Source of the DNA: an uncultured Methanomassiliicoccales archaeon
GTDB taxonomy: Archaea > Thermoplasmatota > Thermoplasmata > Methanomassiliicoccales > UBA472
NCBI GenBank assembly: GCA_963695345.1
Contig: OY968769.1
Location: forward strand, 2,336,001-2,400,000
Direction: 5' to 3'
DNA: 64,000 nucleotides
Position 1 is the stretch's first letter. Each line of letters starts with the position of its first letter. The translations under genes and the position numbers were made by a program. This document shows positions 59,401 through 64,000 of the stretch, piece after piece. Below the pieces are notes generated by a model. It made no database searches. It saw nothing but the letters and a program-made list of their open reading frames with translations, and was not told the DNA's origin.

Positions 59401-59952
59401 TTGGAGAGTGTACAATTGGCAGTCAATCACGAAAATTCACGCATCTCACTGCTTGTTGAAGGATATCCGAGGTCAGGTTTCAAAGTGTTTTCTCACCTGT
59501 CCAAGATAAACGAGAACAGCATCTGTCTGACCCGGCTTCACCCCGACTATGTGGCGGAAAAGTTCAATGTCAGGGCACGGAAATGCTACTGGCTTAGCGG
59601 TTGCAAGGGTAAGGACATAATCTCTCCGAAGTCACTGTCGCAGATCGTGAAGGCGGTCAGGGCAGACTCGAAGGCTGGAAAGCCAGTCGTATTCCTGGAC
59701 GGCCTCGAGTATCTGTTGCTGTGGAACGAGATGAACAAGATCATCGCGGCACTGCAAGAGATCAACGATGTCATGGTGGCCAATGACGGCGTCATGGTCA
59801 TCTGCTTCGACCCTCTCACCCTGGAACAGAACGATCTCAAGAAGCTGTGGGCCTTGTACCCGATTATGGACCCGATCACGGAGTCAGAACAGGTCGAGGC
59901 CGGAAACACCATGAAGATCAAGGAGCCGACGAAAAGAGGAGCGATCGCTTGA
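59401..59952 (+). CDS. Stand-alone DUF835 protein
   Basis: ICLTRLHP, YWLS, VFLDGLEYL motifs. Confidence 0.78.
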   Translation: MESVQLAVNHENSRISLLVEGYPRSGFKVFSHLSKINENSICLTRLHPDYVAEKFNVRARKCYWLSGCKGKDIISPKSLSQIVKAVRADSKAGKPVVFLDGLEYLLLWNEMNKIIAALQEINDVMVANDGVMVICFDPLTLEQNDLKKLWALYPIMDPITESEQVEAGNTMKIKEPTKRGAIA

Positions 59953-59976
59953 TAGAAACCCTTAACCGGTTTCCGT

Positions 59977-60471
59977 TCAGATTATTTCCGCGTATCTCTT
60001 GAGTCGGGCGATTTCTGAAGGTTCGATGAGGCGCTCATCTATGGGAACGAAAAGCACCGCCCGGTTTTCCATAACGATATCGTTCAATTCTTCATAGAAC
60101 ATGTTCAGCCTGCGGAAGTCAGTGAAGAGGGCCAGGTACTCCAGGCCATCGATGACTATAATTCCGTTCTTGTGCTCTTTTGCGAATAGGGCGATCTTGT
60201 GCTTTAACTTGGCCAGATTGTCCGGGGGCGTCCAATCCCCTCCCGCCCTTTCACCCAGCCATATGAACTTCATGTTCCGCAAAGGCAACCTGCCGGCCAT
60301 GATGCTGGGATGGTAGCGGGAGATGCAAAGGACATCCTTTCCAGTTTCCGCGACCGACCTGGTGATGGAGCAGGTCTTCTCAAGACGTTCGTCCCTGAGC
60401 AGGTATATCCGGCCAAAATCGATGGTATGTTCCGTTTTGCCTGAGCGGATGCTGACTGAAGGAAATGCCAT
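59977..60471 (-). CDS. Stand-alone DUF835 protein
   Basis: LCISRYHP, FIWL, IVIDGLEYL, L.D motifs. Confidence 0.78.
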   Translation of the reverse strand: MAFPSVSIRSGKTEHTIDFGRIYLLRDERLEKTCSITRSVAETGKDVLCISRYHPSIMAGRLPLRNMKFIWLGERAGGDWTPPDNLAKLKHKIALFAKEHKNGIIVIDGLEYLALFTDFRRLNMFYEELNDIVMENRAVLFVPIDERLIEPSEIARLKRYAEII

Positions 60472-60805
60472 AATAGCATATTCGGTGGGATGGGATTGCA
60501 CCAGACAGCACCTTCAACTGAAATAATGTTGGCTCTACAACTCGAAAGGGGCTAATAAAACTTCGCCATCGGCAGGTTAAATATCCAGAAGGTTTCATCG
60601 AAAGAACGAAGCGGGAGGTTGCAGAACTGCCCCTTGGTTTGCTTTACAGCTGCTGCTCCATCGTGGCACATCAGGGCCTTCCATGACATGATCCCATTCC
60701 TTCGACGATGGTTTTCTTCAGGAAAAGTATCAGCCTTGGCATTGTTCTTGAATGGAAAAATGAGAAAGGAGTTTGGTTGGTGTTTTTATCATGACCGCTG
60801 ACCGA

Positions 60806-62125
60806 TCATCCGTTCGTCATCTTGCCGCTGGTGTACTGGGCGTACCCGTTCATGTCCATGAGTCCGTGTCCGGACAGGTTGAACACGATGACCTTCTCCT
60901 CGTTCTTCTTCTTGGCCTCGAGGGCGAGGTCGATGGCACACTTGATGGCGTGGTTCGATTCCGGGGCAGGGATTATTCCCTCGGCCCTGGCGAAGGTCAC
61001 TCCAGCCTCGAACGTCTCCAGCTGGTCATAGGACCTGGCCTTGACGTAGCCTAGTTTGGTCATCAGGCTCACGGTCGGTGCCATTCCATGGTAGCGCAGT
61101 CCGCCGGCGTGGATCGGGGACGGCATGAAGTCGTGACCCAGCGTGTACATCTTGAACATCGGGGTCATCCCGGCGGTGTCTCCGAAGTCGTAGCGGTATT
61201 CGCCCTCCGTCAGGGACGGGACAGATGTCGGCTCGCAGGCGATGAACTCGGTGTCGCACTTCTTCTGGATCTTCTGTCCCAGCATGGGGAAGGCGAATCC
61301 AGCGAAGTTGCTGCCGCCGCCGACGCAGCCGATCATGTAGTCCGGGACCGTCTCGATCTTCTTCAGCTGGGCCATGACCTCCTCGCCGATCACTGTCTGA
61401 TGCAGCATGACGTGGTTGGCAACGCTCCCTAGCGAGTACTTGGTGTTCGGTGTGGTCACGGCCATCTCGATCGCCTCAGAGATGGCGATGCCCAGGGAAC
61501 CGGTGTTGTTAGGATTCGCCTTCAGGCATTCCCTGCCGTAGTTGGTCACCGGGCTGGGGGATGCGTGGACGGTCGAACCGTAGGTCTCCATGACGTAACG
61601 CCGGTAGGGCTTCTGGTCATGGCTGGCCCGGACCATGAAGACGGTGCACTTCAAGTCGAACAGGGCGCAGGAAAGGGCCAATGACGATCCCCATTGCCCC
61701 GCTCCGGTCTCGGTGGTCAGATTCTCTGTACCGGCCTTCATGTTGTAATATGCCTGAGGGATGGCCGAGTTCGGCTTGTGGCTCCCGGTCGGGCTGAGGT
61801 CCTCGCGCTTGAAATAGATCTTGGCCGGGGTCTTCAATACCTGCTCCAGTCTGATCGCCCTCTGCAAGGGGCTCGGCCTGCACAACCTGGCATATGCAGT
61901 TCTGACCTCTTCCGGAATGGTGATGTACCTTTCCGTGGAGACCTCCTGCTCGATGATGTTCTTGGGGAATATCGCTTCCAGGGCCGCCGCCGGTACTGGC
62001 ATGCCGGTCTTCGGGTCCGCCGGTGGCGGAATCGGTTCCGGAGAATCGGCGGCGATATTGTACCACTTCCTGGGAAGCTCTTCCATTCCCAGATTGATCC
62101 TGATATCTTCTGGTTTGAGAGTCAT
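60806..62125 (-). CDS. trpB2: TrpB2-type PLP-dependent tryptophan synthase beta subunit
   Basis: [57 protein letters not shown]. Confidence 0.92.
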   Translation of the reverse strand: MTLKPEDIRINLGMEELPRKWYNIAADSPEPIPPPADPKTGMPVPAAALEAIFPKNIIEQEVSTERYITIPEEVRTAYARLCRPSPLQRAIRLEQVLKTPAKIYFKREDLSPTGSHKPNSAIPQAYYNMKAGTENLTTETGAGQWGSSLALSCALFDLKCTVFMVRASHDQKPYRRYVMETYGSTVHASPSPVTNYGRECLKANPNNTGSLGIAISEAIEMAVTTPNTKYSLGSVANHVMLHQTVIGEEVMAQLKKIETVPDYMIGCVGGGSNFAGFAFPMLGQKIQKKCDTEFIACEPTSVPSLTEGEYRYDFGDTAGMTPMFKMYTLGHDFMPSPIHAGGLRYHGMAPTVSLMTKLGYVKARSYDQLETFEAGVTFARAEGIIPAPESNHAIKCAIDLALEAKKKNEEKVIVFNLSGHGLMDMNGYAQYTSGKMTNG

Positions 62126-62417
62126 GCTCCGGATAATGAAAAGGGGAATATATAACAATTTTGAGTAATGATGTATTTTTATGTACATTAGAAGCAGGCG
62201 TGGTACGTTTCGTCGAAAATCAATCATTCAATTTGACTTCGACAATTGCCATACCCATTGACCGATTTAAATACCAAGTGTGAATTCAATGTTCTGGACA
62301 CTCCAAGAGCAATCAGCAAAATGATATATGGTATGCCACGGAGATGTATGGAAGTTAGTTGAGAGAAGTTATATAGCTCAGGCCAAATGCAAGCTCACCC
62401 CTAAATTGGTGTCATTC

Positions 62418-63137
62418 ATGCCGATCATCCATACCGAGGAAGTCAAGAAGACGTACGTCACCGGAAACGTCACCGTAGAGGCCCTTAAAGGGCTCAGCAT
62501 CGATATCGAAAAAGGCGAAATGGTAGCGATCATGGGTCCATCCGGGTGCGGGAAGACCACGCTGTTGAATTGCCTGTCAGGGATCGATGACGTGACCTCG
62601 GGCAAGATCCTGATCGATGGAAGCGACCTAACATCGATGAATGACGATGCCAAGACCAACTTCCGGGCCAAGAAGATGGGGTTCGTATTCCAATTCTACA
62701 ACCTACTGCCGGTACTGACCGCCAGCGAGAACGTGGAACTCCCGCTTCTGATCTGCGGCGAGGACCCCTCCGTGGCGAAGAGCAGGGCTATGGAGCTCCT
62801 CGAACTGGTAGGCCTCAAGGAAAGGGCGATCCTGAGGCCGGCGTCGCTATCGGGCGGTGAGAGGCAGAGGGTCACGATCGCCCGTGCCCTGGCGAACCGG
62901 CCAGCCCTGGTATGGGCGGACGAACCCACCGGAGACCTGGACAAGAAGACCGCCGACGACATCGTGGCATTGATGAGGCGGCTGAACAAGGACATCGGCG
63001 AAACGTTCGTCATCGTCACCCACGACCCTGAGGTGGGGGCGAAATGCGATCGCATCATCCACATGCGCGACGGACAGGTCGTTTCGACCAACGGCCACGT
63101 AGAGAACATCGCCCAAGAGATCAAAGAGATGGGGTGA
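62418..63137 (+). CDS. ABC transporter ATP-binding protein (LolD/MacB type)
   Basis: [34 protein letters not shown] motifs. Confidence 0.92.
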   Translation: MPIIHTEEVKKTYVTGNVTVEALKGLSIDIEKGEMVAIMGPSGCGKTTLLNCLSGIDDVTSGKILIDGSDLTSMNDDAKTNFRAKKMGFVFQFYNLLPVLTASENVELPLLICGEDPSVAKSRAMELLELVGLKERAILRPASLSGGERQRVTIARALANRPALVWADEPTGDLDKKTADDIVALMRRLNKDIGETFVIVTHDPEVGAKCDRIIHMRDGQVVSTNGHVENIAQEIKEMG

Positions 63138-63141
63138 GCCT

Positions 63142-64000
63142 TTGAAGGTCCGGTCGATTCTGTTCCTGGTGATATCGGCTATCGCGCTGATGTCGCCATT
63201 CCTCCTATTGCCGATGGCCTTTGCCATGGTGGCCGCTGTCGGCGTACTCATAGTGCTGATCCTGGTCGACGCCAGCAGTAACCGGATATTGTTCCGCATG
63301 TCCATAAGGAACATCATCCGCCGTCCCGGGACGACCGCCCTGGTGATCGGTGGCCTGATGGTCGGGACCGCCATCATCTCCGCCTCCTTCGTGGTCGGGG
63401 ACACGATGGACAACATGATAACCGACCAGGTCACAAAGGGAATGGGCTTCGTTGATTTCGAGCTGCAGACCAGCAACGTCGGTTCGCTGGTCTATTACAA
63501 TTCTACCGAGATCGCACCCCTGACAACGAACATCAGCTCGACACCGCACGTCCGGGCCGTGGACACTCTCATCCTCGCCTCGGTGCCGTTGGTGGATTCA
63601 AGGACACGTCTGTCCTCGCCATCGGTGGTATTGATAGGTCTGGACAGCAGCACCGTCTCCAATTTCGGAGGGTTTGTCGATCAGGATGGATCGCAGGTCG
63701 TATCGTCACCGACGATCGGTACCATCATCCTCAATCAGAAGGCGGCGGTGGACCTCAATGCCAAGGTCGGAGATGCGATCATCGTATACTCACCGAACAT
63801 TGTGGACAAGAACGACCTGGTCAACAACTCCATGATCGTGACCGTGGAACGCATCGTTACCGCCGATGGATTGGGCGGGTTCAATTCGAACTCCAATGTC
63901 TTCATGAGCCTTGAGCAGGCCCAGGCCCTGACCCATAACGCTGGCAAAGTGAATACCGTCTTCGTTTCCGTCGAGCCAAAGGGAAACGACCCCTTCGGTT
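63142..64000 (+). CDS. FtsX/MacB-like ABC transporter permease, 3' truncated by window edge
   Basis: Frame from TTG 63142 reads ...LFRMSIRNIIRRPGTTALVIGGLMVGTAIISASFVVGDTM...; follows the ATPase gene. Confidence 0.8.
   Translation, partial: MKVRSILFLVISAIALMSPFLLLPMAFAMVAAVGVLIVLILVDASSNRILFRMSIRNIIRRPGTTALVIGGLMVGTAIISASFVVGDTMDNMITDQVTKGMGFVDFELQTSNVGSLVYYNSTEIAPLTTNISSTPHVRAVDTLILASVPLVDSRTRLSSPSVVLIGLDSSTVSNFGGFVDQDGSQVVSSPTIGTIILNQKAAVDLNAKVGDAIIVYSPNIVDKNDLVNNSMIVTVERIVTADGLGGFNSNSNVFMSLEQAQALTHNAGKVNTVFVSVEPKGNDPFG

Overview
Core-genome segment of a methyl-reducing methanogenic archaeon, most consistent with Methanomassiliicoccales. That placement rests on mcrBDGA followed by a DUF2098 gene, a separate atwA-mcrC and mmp3-6-5-15-17-7 block, an Ech hydrogenase and several DUF835 genes. 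The window holds a methanogenesis supercluster: echABCDEF, a corrinoid protein, a hydantoinase-like ATPase, MtaA-type methyltransferase, RamA, ycaO-tfuA, mcrBDGA and the MCR activation genes. It also carries rtcB, argF, tRNA-His, a copper-export locus, trpB2 and an ABC exporter. No CRISPR array, transposase or integrase was seen. Several essential genes carry single-base indels that look like assembly errors. The most notable unexplained signals are: (1) a palindromic TGGA-N7-TCCA motif and a GACCATCTGG box shared by the promoters of mcrB, the corrinoid gene or atwA and an uncharacterised wHTH-DUF4443-DUF2111 gene, suggesting an autoregulated methanogenesis regulon; (2) a perfect 12x30-bp repeat ORF encoding ([10 protein letters not shown])12 with its own terminator, next to a wHTH-NTPase-TPR gene and DUF835 genes; (3) a methyl-transfer module without a recognisable substrate-specific methyltransferase but with a six-repeat membrane protein; (4) a Gln-to-Met change in the McrA DLQDQCG motif. 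All family assignments come from motif recognition by eye, not from database searches.
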